A stretch of DNA of 64,000 bases from Stylophora pistillata (taxonomy: Eukaryota): positions 134,956 to 198,955 of the forward strand of contig NW_019217906.1 in the NCBI RefSeq assembly GCF_002571385.2, written 5' to 3'. Made by a program: the position numbers and the translations under genes. Under the pieces are notes generated by a model. The model worked only from the letters and a program-made list of their open reading frames with translations, ran no database searches and was not told the DNA's origin. The first letter of the stretch is position 1. Each line of letters begins with the position of its first letter. This document shows positions 48,528 to 61,084 of the stretch, piece by piece.

Positions 48528-50907
48528 CTATGGCTTTTTGCCCTTTCCCTCTAAGGAGTCAGGCTTTGGCACAACGGGAGCTGCATCAGCTGATCCAACC
48601 CCTGATAGGATTGGATCATGCTCCAGATCACTGGCCATTTCCCAGTCGTTCTTAGGATCATCCAGATACTCCTCTGGTTCCTCGATTTTCTTCACTCGGT
48701 TGTTTATCTTCTCTCTGAAGTATTTTACGTATGAAATTTCATTTTTCATCATGTTTTCGCAAAGTTTTCTCTTCCTCTTAGGAACGTTTTTCTTGAGAGA
48801 ATAGCCCTTCACGTAAACTCCAGTGTACGCCTCGTCCAAGAAGTTTCCCTTTTGCAAACAAGCTCTTGTCAAAGCTTCGTTTCTATGTCTAAAAATCTTG
48901 AGTTCTTTTTGAAAACTTGGTCCCTGAGCCTTGACGTTTTTCCAGAACGTTCTATTAAAATGCTTATACAGCATAAAATCTGCCTTGTTCCAGCTTTTTA
49001 TATCCTCGCTAACTTCCTTGTTTATAACCTTCTGCTTCTGCTTATCTTGCCGCTCGTTCAACTTGAAGTACAAAATATCCTTCAACTCCCAGCATAAGAG
49101 ACGTTTTAGAAGCAACAGGGACTCATCGAAATGCTCTAGAATCATAACCAGATCAAATTCTTTGTCCAAGAAATTTATGTATCGTTCAACCGCCGTCACA
49201 TTTTGGAAGTATCGAAAGTCCAAACCAAGATCGAAAAGCATCGGGTTGCGTACTAAATTGAGGGCCAAGGTTGTTTTCATCAAAGGTTTTATCTCTTGAA
49301 ACGGTGGTGGAAACTTTAAAAACGTACCCAGAGGATCTTCTTCGTCTTTAAAACCCAACGGCTTCGCAAAATGCATGAAGTTGAACACAGATTCGTATTG
49401 GGTGACCGGGTCCCTGAGTATTGTTATGTAGCGACTGCTCTCCTTTGGAAATAAATAATTCATTGGCCTTTTGTTGAACCTCGCGTGATTGCAGAGAATA
49501 TTTGCCCCAAAATTGTACAGAGGTGCACTGTATGAGACGCGAAATCTTGCTGGCCACAAGAAGGTGAAAAGCTGCTTCTGCCTTGGTAGCACAAAAGTCA
49601 AGTTATTCTTGTCTCCATATCGATTAAGAATATTTGTGATGGTGCTACTACCAGTTTTGTGAGTTTTAAGAAAGAGAACGTGATTTATCGGGGAGCAGGT
49701 TTGCTTTTTGTGATGTTTTGGAAGCTTTTGATTCTTAGAGCTCGGATGGTTCTCTGGTTGTGATGATATGTTTACAAACTGATATTCTGTTTGGTCTGCT
49801 TTCGGTTCTTCAGCCAATCGAATGTCAGCTCTTTTGAGCTGCAAATTCCTTGTGTATATTACCCTGTTTCAAGAAATCAAATTATATGCGTCATTTATCG
49901 GTTGTGTAGTTCGTGTAGTTCACCCCTAGCTAGTAAATCCTAATTAGAGTGCTTTATTGCCTATTCAGCCTTTCTTTATGCAGACACAACCTGTTCTATC
50001 CATGGCAATAATTTCATTTTCTAAGCTAAGAATAACATCGAGTTTTTACAGGAGAGAATAACTCTAAGCAAATACAACCCTGTGTAAACCCTGTTCAAAC
50101 GACCCGAGAAAAATATCTGCTATTTTTAAATCACCTGCAGCTCGATAGGATGTCTATTCATTCAAAACGTAAACATCGAAAGCCATGTTCGTGCCTTTAT
50201 CCAAGAAATATAAATTCCTCATTCTACACAATAAAATTTAGAATAATATAATTGTGAAATGTGTTAACCATTCTTTCCGAAAACCGAGGAAATTTGAAAT
50301 TTAAGTTTAATCTAAACTGTCCTCGTGTGTAAACATTGACTTCATTTTAGGCAATAGTCTAGGAGGTTTGAGAAGTTTAAACACTGATTTATTTTCATCA
50401 AATGAGATTGAAATAGCTGTGGTTCTGCGGTATCTTTATAAATTCGGAGACAATTGATTAAACGAATTGGTCCTCTAACACGTTGTTTTCTGAATTTCTA
50501 TTTAATGTAACAGCGTTTAAAATGGCTTTGGAGGCCGGGTCGAAATTGCTGGAAGGCTACTATCCGACATTGAAAAAAAAAACGCTCAAATGAGGACAAG
50601 AGAACAACTAATAAAGCTTTGAAAGTGCAGCTGTACTATAAATCTGGAGCAAAGATTAACACCTGCAAGGATTTGAAAATATTATTGACTTTCCTGTCGT
50701 TTGAATAAAGGAGGGCAGAATTTTTTTTATCTGGAGAAATGCCTTTATTTTTATCAAGATATGTACGAGATCTTTTATTACTTACTTGTGTTCTACGGTA
50801 GGACAACGAGCTGTTGACGGCAGATTGTTCACTCCATAAAAAACGATGCATATCAATGAAATTACGGAAACACAACCGAAGAGGGTCTTTATATGAAACG
50901 CCATCAT
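48528..50907 (-). CDS. Galactose-3-O-sulfotransferase (GAL3ST / galactosylceramide sulfotransferase-like), 485 aa
   Basis: Exon 1 50786-50907 encodes a type II anchor MMAFHIKTLFGCVSVISLICIVFYGV (phase 2); exon 2 is 48528-49863. 5'-PSB FLKTHKTGSST, CNHARF, 3'-PB TILRDP.TQYES, RNPMLFDLG, FDLVMILEHFDESLLLLK..LCW, WNKADFMLY.HFN. Confidence 0.95.
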
Positions 50908-52299
50908 CAGGTTCGTCACCGATGAATTCACATTTCATGTTTTCATGTTTGTCTTTGGCAACCCAGTTCTTTAGACTTGTCAATTCACGCGTGCATCGAC
51001 TTAAATCGCTTTGTGGCCACTTTCCCCTTCCAAAGGAAGACAAAATCTCTTTGTTTATTCCATGTGTGAATGAATGAGGCTGCGTGTTTTCAACTGTCTC
51101 CGATTAATCATTTATGGTATATGGCCATCCTTTTGTCCATAGCATCCGCTTTATAGATCGAGTCGACCACACACTTTGCCTTAGTGATCCCAAATCTTAA
51201 TATTTTAAGATATCCATTTCATAGTATTTCCAGTGTTAACCTCTCATCAAAATAACTAAAACCTCAAAGGCAGGAAGAAAAAATTGGTAATTTATGTAAA
51301 GAAGACTCGATCAACAGCAGGTTGCTCCGAGTGCTTGTAATTCAAAACGCGTTAAGTTGGAGCATGTGACCACCTAAAGGAGCTCGGGCCTAATTACATT
51401 CTAAAACTGCCAAGAGCAGAGTACTTTTGTAAATTAAGGGTTTTGACGTTGAGTTGATATATCTAACCTCTCTAACTGATGCCAAAAGAAAAGGAGAATT
51501 TCTGTCCACCATTTAACCTCGAAGTAAGCTTGTATTCAATGTGGCGTGGCGATGGAAGAGATCTATAAATTAAATGCAATCAGATTTGAAGTCATTTGAA
51601 ATGCTCATGACGCCATGTCAAGAGAAGATAATGATACAGAGAAGGACGTTTCTGATCCAGGCCGTGAGACATATTAGTTTCACTGAAATCATTGATTTAA
51701 ATGAGATGTATTTTCTGAGTAGTCCGCATCAAATGTAACATCCATTTTAATCTTCTGCAGTAAGTACTATTCCGTTCTAACAGTTGTGAAGAAACTCGTG
51801 GTTGGTATGGGTTAACTTTTCATATGTAATCATTTCCGATTTCTTCGAGTTCATTGAAGGTCTTTTGCCACAGTAGTTGGAATACTCAACTCATGCAATT
51901 TGCTTTGTTACTTGCCTTCATTGAACACCTGCATAACGGTACTTTTGTTGACCAATCCCGATTGTGGCTAAATATAAGTATTGATGGTCTCTCTAGAACA
52001 TTGTTTTTCATCGTAGTTGGCAGCTGAGTTTGTGCTCGTAATTTCATTTTTCTTTCATAGGATCAACATCTCGTAGATAAGTAGAATTTTTAATTACTTC
52101 TCGATTTTGTTTTCTATGCTGCTCTAGCCCTTCCGTAATTGAGATAAGTATTTTTTATTTCAAAGCTGTCAGTTTAATCTCCGTTTTCTTAGTTGGAATA
52201 TTCAAGGTGGAATCTCTTAACTTCACAGAGAAACTTTCCGCTCTTTTGTGTCCTTATTCATATATTGCAATTTGTGTTCTGATAAACCCACACCCATTT

Positions 52300-52440
52300 G
52301 TACCTACGGCTGAGTTATGAACACGTTGGAGTCTGGAGATATCTTTTTTCGGGAGACCGTACAAGAGACTCTTGCTGTACAATAGTCCAATTTAGATGAC
52401 ACAAAGGCGTGTACCATTTTTTCCGTGCTCGATTGATCGG
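52300..52440 (-). mobile_element. Degenerate L2-type LINE RT fragment
   Basis: TEKMVHAFVSSKLDYC...SLLYGLP (frameshifted), a hallmark motif of L2/CR1 ORF2. Confidence 0.65.
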
Positions 52441-52901
52441 GACAATGCCAAATATTCCCTTCTTGTTATCTGTCTACAGCGTCAACCTTAGCTAAAACAA
52501 ATGTTGCGGGCTCTGAAATTAAAACATGCACCTTTGTGGGTCAGACTCTCGGATTCCGGGCTCTGTTGCTCTACACCATTGACATACTCTTTGTTGAGCA
52601 AAGTCATAACGAAATTCAAGCATAACACGCATCCTGCATACTGCTAGGATCAGCAATGTCGGTAGCACCCTCAGGCGAGCGGGGGCGAACACGAGGCAAA
52701 CGCGAGGCGAGCGTGAAGCGTGGATTACGCGCGAGGTAAGCTTCGGATAACATGAAAAACCTGAAACAACAAGAGGAAAATTTATCTTGATTTGAGAGCG
52801 TCGCCTTATTACTTTAAGTTAGTTCTTAGTCCTTTAGCGTCCTGAAATTAAAGGTTGCAATGAAGAATTAATATAACAAGAACAAAACATTATCAATTAT
52901 A

Positions 52902-53249
52902 CAATCGAACCTGTACAAGCGGTAGGGCGCTAAATAAAGGTTCCACAGAATAGGGGTATTGTGAAAAACGGTAAAAAACGCCATTTTGTGCCTTAAGTGA
53001 AAACTTAACTATTTGAAAGCTTTTTTTCTTAGTATTATTTGAGTGGTCCCGCTTTGTGTGACCGTTCAATACAGGTGGAAGGCGATACAAACAGGCCGTC
53101 AGGACACAGAAAGGGTGACTAGGACCGCTTAATCAAGGAAGCCGCTTAAATTACAGTGTTTAAGGGGTAAATAATCAAGGCCTCTGACAACTGACCGCTT
53201 AATACAGGTTGACCGCTATATACGGTGCTGCTTGATACAGGTTTGGCTG
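52902..53249. mobile_element. Tc1/mariner (pogo/Tigger-like) MITE
   Basis: TA TSD; imperfect TIRs caatcgaacctgta / tacaggtttggctg; internal ccgcttaatacagg repeats. Confidence 0.7.
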
Positions 53250-53821
53250 TATTGTGTTTTCCACTCTGTTTTGCAGAATACTTGTCAGTCAAAGACTTCC
53301 ATAAATGGATTCAAATGATTAAGCCCTTTGATTGGATGGGACCGGTTTAATTTTGGTTGTATGTGGTGCAAACAATGTAACTAGGAGGTAAACATTAATT
53401 TCACGCTTGGAACAATCGAAAACTGCTTTTGTGATTAAAAAAAATGTTTTTTTAAAATAATGATAATGAAATGAGGTGATAAAATTAGGAAAAAGTGAAG
53501 GTTTTTGCCCTTTTTTTTTAGCAAAGCAAAGATAAATTAATAAAACAAACTTCACGATTGTTTTCATAATCAGTCAAGAAACCCTGGAAAACGATATATT
53601 TCAGCTGCAACTCAAAGCAGACAGTACGTGGAATATTAAACAATGTTAATTTAAGAATTTAAAAGTAAGTTTCAAAATGCAAATGAATCTTGGAAAAGTT
53701 AGCAGCCACAAACAGCTGCAACGATAATGAAAGTCGTCCTGAATAATCAAATTACCTTTGGTCAGTGTAAACCGCTAGGTGACTGAAGAACTGGCAAAGA
53801 ACACACCACAGTGAAAGTAGA

Positions 53822-56557
53822 ATGCTTTCTTCGCAAAATCACTTCTTACGCATAAAATTCATACTACTGTTGTCTGTATATTTTGGAAGTCTGTATTGTG
53901 GATTGATTGATGCGAAAGAAAACCAAGTGAAAAAATCTACTGCTGTTGCTGCGATTAAAACGTCATTAACTATGAAGATTGAACCTTCTATGAAGATGGC
54001 CCGATTTCGAGAGAACCATGCAACTAAGACATTAGCGGCAAGCTTGGAATTCATGTCAATTTATTCCACATCCAAAGTGTCAACAGGACAAGAAACAAGG
54101 AATCTAGAAAAGTCAAGTTTTTCTGAAGCCGTAATGCGACAGTCACGTATAACAAAACCCTGGCGCAGTTCTACTTCCCTAAGCAGCAATGCATTGACTT
54201 CGCGAGTCAATTCAGATCTACCGCATGCTAAAACGTCCATAAATTTCTTGCCGAAACTTCCATTTTCTGTTGTTCCATTTTTACCGAATCGGACAAATCA
54301 TTTTCAGTTGAATTCGACCGCCGCTCCAACAACGCCGAGCTACGATGAAAATGGAGACTGTTCCTCGGAAAAAACGGTTGAGAAATCATGCGACACTTAT
54401 GTAACCAAATGGGTCAACTTTTACGTGAATGTAAGTATTTCTAAATGTTTCAGAACTGAAATGCTATGAATTATAGTTATTTGTGATGTATTTTAATCCT
54501 TCTGGCCTTTAAATATGATGTTCTCATATACATGGGTAGAATGAAGCAAAAAGATGCCGAAAACATTACTTAGAATTCAAAATATCATTAGTTTTCGTAG
54601 AACAATTATCAATTTAATTACGATTATCATTAAAGGGTGATAACTAGTGTTATCGGATGAGAAAAACGACTTGTGTACATCTAATTTGGCGCTCTACTGA
54701 GCCATGATATCAATAGCCACACGCATATTCAAAGAAAAACTGAATATTAAGTGCCTACCCTAGTTGACGACAGCTTTGTAATAATCAAGCGAATCAAATT
54801 ATTTCGACGGTTAGCAGATCTTACGATGAATTATAAATCATACTTATATTTGAATGCAACACACGTCCGTGATATTGCTAACTACAACGTACGTGGGAAG
54901 ACGGCTCGATCAAAGTCAACTTAATTTCGATCAGGAGCAAGAAATTCAAAAATAGTAACCTGAACTGTGAAAAGGGAAACAGCAAAAAAAAAAAAAACAG
55001 CCATTGCGAAGGAACCTAGGATACGAAAAGAGCTTTTACTAAAAATTCAATGGCAGACCGAAAAAATACATAATCATTTAAGCGCTAAACAGGCATGCTT
55101 TGAACACCTGCCTCCTCAGTTACTTGCAAGGCGCGATAATGACCCTTAATGGACGTTGATCGAGCGTTTAGTCCATGAACTCGAGGAGATAAAAGTAAAA
55201 TCAATTTCGAGAATATTAAAAAGAACATGACTCGACTCTTAAAAGGGAAAAATTGCATTCACCAGGAACATCTGCGATGATAATTTTCAATTGCAAGGTA
55301 ACTATCAGTGTCTAAGTGACCATGGTGACAGACCACGGTTCTTGCATTTTTATATTGTTTCAGTTCTGCGTACATTATTTAAGACGTCCGCAGATTAAAA
55401 CCGTCATCAAAAGTCCATTACTGCAGTTACAACGCAGACCTTCATAATTCAAACGTAGATCATAATTAGTCACTCATGTTGACTCGAAAAGAGAGGAAAC
55501 TAAAAATTGAATTTAGTGAGTCTAAAAGCAATAACACCCTGAGGCAAAGAAAATATTTACGAAGAATCACCTATACGAGCTCGAGAGGATCGTTTTACAG
55601 TATCCGCTGATCTAAGTAAAATATATATTTGCTTTGCTATAATTATTAAACTGATCATCATAACAATTGCAGCTATTTCACTTATTCCTCAGGATTATGC
55701 GGTGCTCATTTTTAAAATTAGAGCAACAGTATTGTAATTACTTCACCTAATGTGACTTCATCGAGAGATGATAACCCTCAGCAAATCAAAGTACTCACTT
55801 CTCGATAACCATTTTAAGCTATTAAACTAAACGAGCAATAATGTCTTTCTTTTTGGTAAGGAATTGAATTTTTTGTTCAACGCTACCATGTTGTTTCTCG
55901 AGGGGAGGGTGGGGTGGGAGGGGAAGGGAGAGTGTAGCGATCATAGTTCGTTATAGTTAAAGTGCAGGGGAAACTTCTCAACTAATAAGTGACCATAGAA
56001 AACATTAAAAATATATTTTCAACGGAGCTTTTTAAAAACGTAAGTTAATGCTCATCATTTCATTGATTTGTGCTCTGTTATCATGTATTAAATTTCAGTT
56101 TGGTAGTTGATCGGAAAAATTTTAAATTTGACTTTCCGAGACTTTGAGGACGTTAAGATTGTTTCGCCTCCGCGGGAGTGCATGCCACCTTTTTTTAGGT
56201 CATGACGTCCTGAAAAGTCATTTATTCCCAGGCTCGTTAGTATCAAGATATGCAAGTAAAAAGTGCCACTTTTAAAATAACTAGATCCTCCACTTTATTT
56301 AAAATCACCAAAAATATTTACAAAAGTTTGATAAAAACCCTAAAAATCGAAAAACACATTAAAATGTCCATTAAAAAAGTGCCACTTTTTGTTTTAATTC
56401 ATAGATTGGAGGATGGATAATGCTGGCAGTTGTTCTTGTCGGAATTACGGTGTTGGTTTCAACTCATTTTCATGCCAGGAAGAAAACGAAAGAGTTGAAG
56501 AGATTACCGCAATTAATGTACAATGAAATACGTCGCAACCGAGGACGCTGGGTGTAG
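53822..56557 (+). CDS. Unknown type I membrane protein with an S/T-rich (mucin-like) ectodomain, paralogue 2, 253 aa
   Basis: Exon 1 53822-54430 (signal peptide, S/T-rich, C-x9-C, ends FYVN|gtaagt). Exon 2 56405-56557 reads IGGWIMLAVVLVGITVLVSTHFHARKKTKELKRLPQLMYNEIRRNRGRWV*. Confidence 0.85.
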
Positions 56558-57003
56558 AAAAAAGCGCCAAAAAATTGATGAGTAAAGTATCGGAGAGACC
56601 TTCATCTTGCGATGGCCGAGTCAGAATATCATTTTACTTTATTGAGTTTGTTACACCGTAGTATCAGCAACTGGAGAAGAAAACAGGACGATGTTCTTTT
56701 TTTCCTAGTACGGTCTACGTCACTGAAGACATGAACGTAACATCAATGTTAGAGTTATTGTATGAAATGCCACACAGAACTTTAATATAATCTATACTGG
56801 CTCTAACGTTAAATGTTAAACTTCGTTTGAGCCAAAAAACTGCGTTAAATATTAACTATAGTCTGCGCTTTAAGTTGTGATTTAGCACATGGACTTGACG
56901 AAAGTGGTAGACCAGTACGCTATCACAATTTTTTGCAATGCAACAGCATTTTTGTTCAATAAATGTAAGAAATGGTGCTCATGCAATCTACCGTCATGTA
57001 AAA

Positions 57004-57392
57004 AATTATAACATAACCAACGTAAAGCGCGCGCTCTGATTGGTCAATTTAGCGTCCACCATTTGCCCATGGGTGTACGCAGCTGACGTGAGCAAATGCA
57101 AAGACTATTTTTCCGCGCGCGCTTGTTTTTTCTGGTCACGTAAGATTTGTTAAATAAAAGGGAACTCTTTAGCTACAATGTGTTAATGTTATGTTATAAA
57201 ACAAATGGTAAACACCACAGCGTACACTATTGAGTTATGGATGCACTTGGGACGTTTGCTAAGCACTTAAGAAGCTAGAGTCGCTCTCGGTTATCGCCTC
57301 GAGCGACTCTTACGATTCGTTCGTGCTTAGCCGCCATCTCGCGTGCATCCATAACTCAATAGTGTACGCTGTGGTGTTTACCATTTGTTAAA
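57004..57392. repeat. Non-autonomous element with subterminal IR + long terminal hairpin
   Basis: IR ttataacataac (57006-57017) / gttatgttataa (57188-57199); perfect 47-bp inverted arms at 57200-57246 / 57343-57389 with further internal pairing. Confidence 0.85.
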
Positions 57393-58066
57393 TATAGCAG
57401 GGACAAAAACTAAGGACCGAAAGCTCAGTTTTAAGCCAGCCTCAATGCAGGTGCTTCTATAATGCTCATCAGCGTCGCCGTTTTGCTTCACCTTTGTGAT
57501 ATTTAAAAGTACCATTTAAAGAGGTCGCAAACAGATATGACTTTCTTGTTTTAGCAACATGATATTAAAATTAGTACTCGGAGTAGAAAAGATTTCTTGA
57601 CACATTGTCGTAGCATCTTTAGAAAGGTTGATATTTTATCTAAAAAAATTAAAATTTTGTAACATGGCAAGCTTTTGTAGAGTTCAGGATATAAGTTTCA
57701 AAAAGATGCAGCATGCAACTACGAGACACATAACGAAAGGCTTCAAACTCATGAAGACTTAAAACTACACAATTCCAGCCTCAGAGAACTTCAATTCTAG
57801 ATTAATTTATGTTCCTTTTCATGTATATCAGTGTTTGAAACCTCCCTCAGGTAAATCACGATCGTGAGTCGATGGACCAATAAAGGTCATAATGAAATTT
57901 ATACTGAGTTGTCTGACCTTTGGAGAGGGACCTCATTCATCTTGCCACTGAATGATACTGACTTAAATCCTTCATGGTATTTCGTACTACATATTCCATT
58001 ATAGGGTTGGAAAGAGATTTTTATCAAGAGATTTTTACACAATAGACAAAACTGCGACACAAAATT

Positions 58067-61000
58067 CTATCCATCAGTCGTACCCAGACTTCTTGCTCCA
58101 CAAATAAGTGCCCTAAATCTTCCAGTGGCTCTCCTTGATAGCTTGGACTTTGTCTCACCTGTCCTTAAAGCCTGCAGCCTCTCTTTATACTTCCTCTCCT
58201 TTAGCGACAGATTCCGCAAAGAGAATCTATGTCGATCTTTTATGAAAGCTTTTCGGACAGAGTCCGCTCTAGATTCCCTCATCTGTTTTGCCAGGTTGGC
58301 AAATACTTCATCGACACCGATGTCATTCTTGGCAGAGGTTTCAAAAAATGAGCAAGATAAGGTGGCAGCGATTTTTTTCCCGTTCTGATATGAAACTTCT
58401 CGTTCATCGTCTAAGTCGCTCTGAGGACAGACAAATAAAATATTAAGAATACTACGTATGATGCACGATCCTCGCAGTAGAGAGTGCTATTTATGCAATA
58501 GCGAAATTCAGACCTGAAAAAAATCAGGCCTGTACGGGATTCGAACCACTGACGTCTGCGATACTAGTGCAGCGCTCTACCAATTGAGCTAACAAGCCAA
58601 CTGGGAGCAGGCCGTTAAGTTGATTCGTAATAAACCCGTGGTGATAAATCAGATACGATGAACATATGAACTTCATATATTCATCGTATCTGATTAAGAA
58701 TGCTGTAGAACAGAAACCAGGAAGGAATTTTTTTCGCCTCCAGCGACAAGTATATGTGAACATCATTATGCCTGTTCGACTTTTGATGTCGTTATTTGAA
58801 AATGAGGACACAATTTGATTCAGACTGCAGCGTATTAGTGAGGGAGCTTTATTTTTCTCTTTTTTCACTGAATCCCGCCAGTAGGAGACGTTATTAAGAT
58901 TCTCTATAATTTTAAAAATTCTGAGCTGATTTCAAAGAAATAAATGCAAAGTGAGAAAGACTAACAACTCAAGCAGATACCACAAAACAATTCACCCAGT
59001 GTAAAGACAACAGCTCAAAGACGAACAAAACGCCATGCACAATCATCCAAATTAAAGTACATCAATCCATAGCAATAACTACAATAACAATTAAGAAAAC
59101 ATTGAATAATTTTGCTCACTTTGTTTCCAACCAAAATAATGGGGATTTGAGGTATAATCTTGTCCTTTTCTCCTTTGGCCGCAACGATCTGTTCATGGAA
59201 AGATGCGATTGCAGTGGAACTGGAGCGGTCTGTTATGGAATAAACCAATAGGAATCCGTCCCCATTCTTTATGTATTGGTCTCTCATTCGCCGGAACACG
59301 TCCTTACATGAAATCATTTACAAGTCAAACACATGAACGTATACGTGAATGTAACAAACAATTCATGATAGGACAGAGAAAAGGGCAAAGTTGGCTTGAA
59401 AGAAAATGCAGTTCAAAACGATGATTTATCAAGCGAGGAGCCGAAAGTTATAAATATCATGTGTTATTTGTAACTTTTAATTATTTTAAAAGTATCAAGT
59501 AAACTCCTCATCACGAGTTGGAGACCAATGTTACCACAGGATTAAGCCATAGCCGTTTGGTGCGCAAAGTCACGGTCCTAGCATCAAATTACCGGAAGTT
59601 GAGAGGGTAGGTAGTTTAATCTTCGAGTTAAAAATGGTTGTGCTTCAAGGTCGTGGGAGTGCAATTGAGGTTGGATAAACTCACGTTTCCTGCCGTGTCA
59701 ACCACCGCAACTTTGATTGGGTATCCATCCACTTCAATGTCTGTTTCGTAGTTATCCTCTTAAAAATAAACCAAATTATAGAGACATTTTAAATACCCAT
59801 GTTCCAGTGGATCGAATGGTTTTTAAATAGACTTTTGCAGTTATTTGTTTCTGTCACCTTTTTTAGCACGGTAAGAGCTATGCTAGACCAGATTTACGGA
59901 AAAGTTGTACGTTAAGACGTTAAAAAAATGATGTTGAAATTGTCTTAGTTCGCATCCNNNNNNNNNNNNNNNNNNNNNNNNNNNNNNNNNNNNNNNNNNN
60001 NNNNNNNNNNNNNNNNNNNNNNNNNNNNNNNNNNNNNNNNNNNNNNNNNNNNNNNNNNNNNNNNNNNNCTATAGATATTCTAGTCTTCTCGGATAAGGAC
60101 GAATAAAATGGAGGTCCCGTCTCCTGCAGGGTTAGGGGAAGGAGACGTTAATTTCCCACACACGAGATTACTGTGTGATGGATGTCCTCCCCTGGGGTGG
60201 GATGTGTGGGGGGGGAAAAAGGTGAGGTCGTTAAATGGACTAAAGCGGCTGCCAGAGGCGTCTGATAATGCTGACGTCCGATCTCAACCTTAGTAACACT
60301 GTAGACCTTAGCAATTCAGCCTACGCTGCTATTAAGGTATCGAATCATTCACTTTCACTTTCACTTTCACTGTTCTCAGATTCTAAACAAAGTGTTTTTG
60401 TTCTTGGTTTAGTTTTGTGTTCCTGTTTTGGGTTGGGATCGTGTTCTGGATTTTTGTGTAGCACGATTTTGCAAAGGCATTTTGTTTTGAGAACAGTGGG
60501 GGTTTCGACTGTTTGTGGTTAGATTGCAGTTTCTTTGACATCGGGTTTTTCACTAAGCCGTATGTTTTGGGTTGGTGGTTTGGGTGTGCCAATATTTTAT
60601 AAATTGTAGTGATTTTATTCTAAATGTTTTTTTATTTTGCCATATTCCTGTTGGCCTCAACAGGTGACGAGCCAATTCTTTCTAAAACAAAAGGGAGAAA
60701 ACGACGAGTCAATGAAGAACTCGTTTAAAACATTTCGTGCGGGAGCTATCAAATCTTCAGCAAAAGGTGAACAGCGTTTTTTTTAATTCACCTCCCAAAC
60801 ATTTCATTAATAATTTCAGCAAACAATGAAAGGCACTCGGTTCAGATTCGCTGCTAAAGAAATCAAATCAAACTCCACAGGACGTCGCTTTCAAGCGCTA
60901 ATTCAATTTGTTTAAAAATCCGCCTAATTGAACTTATATAAATCTCATCTATCGACCTGTTACGTCATGTCTATCTTTCTGTCAATTTAATATCCAATTT

Positions 61001-61084
61001 GACAGTTGATAAATCTGTCCAACGTACCTATTGTGGGGTCATAGCTGTCCGAGAACTCTTGGCAAACGGATCGAATGCTCAAAG
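58067..61084 (-). CDS. Atypical Ras-subfamily small GTPase, 5'-partial (P-loop exon not found in the window)
   Basis: Exons 61028-61084 (ALSIRSVCQEFSDSYDPTI), 59685-59758 (EDNY...VVDTAGN), 59120-59302 (DVFRRMRDQYIKNGDGFLLVYSITD...LVGNK), 58067-58420 (SDL...FFETSAK...basic tail). G2-G5 are present and phases are consistent. Confidence 0.9.
58454..58692 (-). mobile_element. tRNA(Thr-AGT-like)-containing retroposon, second long copy
   Basis: The tRNA-like core 58527-58598 is nearly identical to 17633-17704; 12-bp TSD attaagaat(a/g)ct (58442-58453, 58693-58704). Confidence 0.85.
60069..60372 (+). mobile_element. SINE body with a Meta/MESC-like central domain and (TTCACT)n tail; head lost in the gap
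   Basis: gtcttctcggataaggacg...aggtcccgtct...gacgttaa resembles the MetaSINE core; 3' microsatellite ttcactttcactttcactttcact. Confidence 0.5.

Noticed and set aside
50636-51043. 135-aa minus-strand ORF as a separate gene
   Set aside because: It overlaps the true GAL3ST first exon, which is in a different frame.
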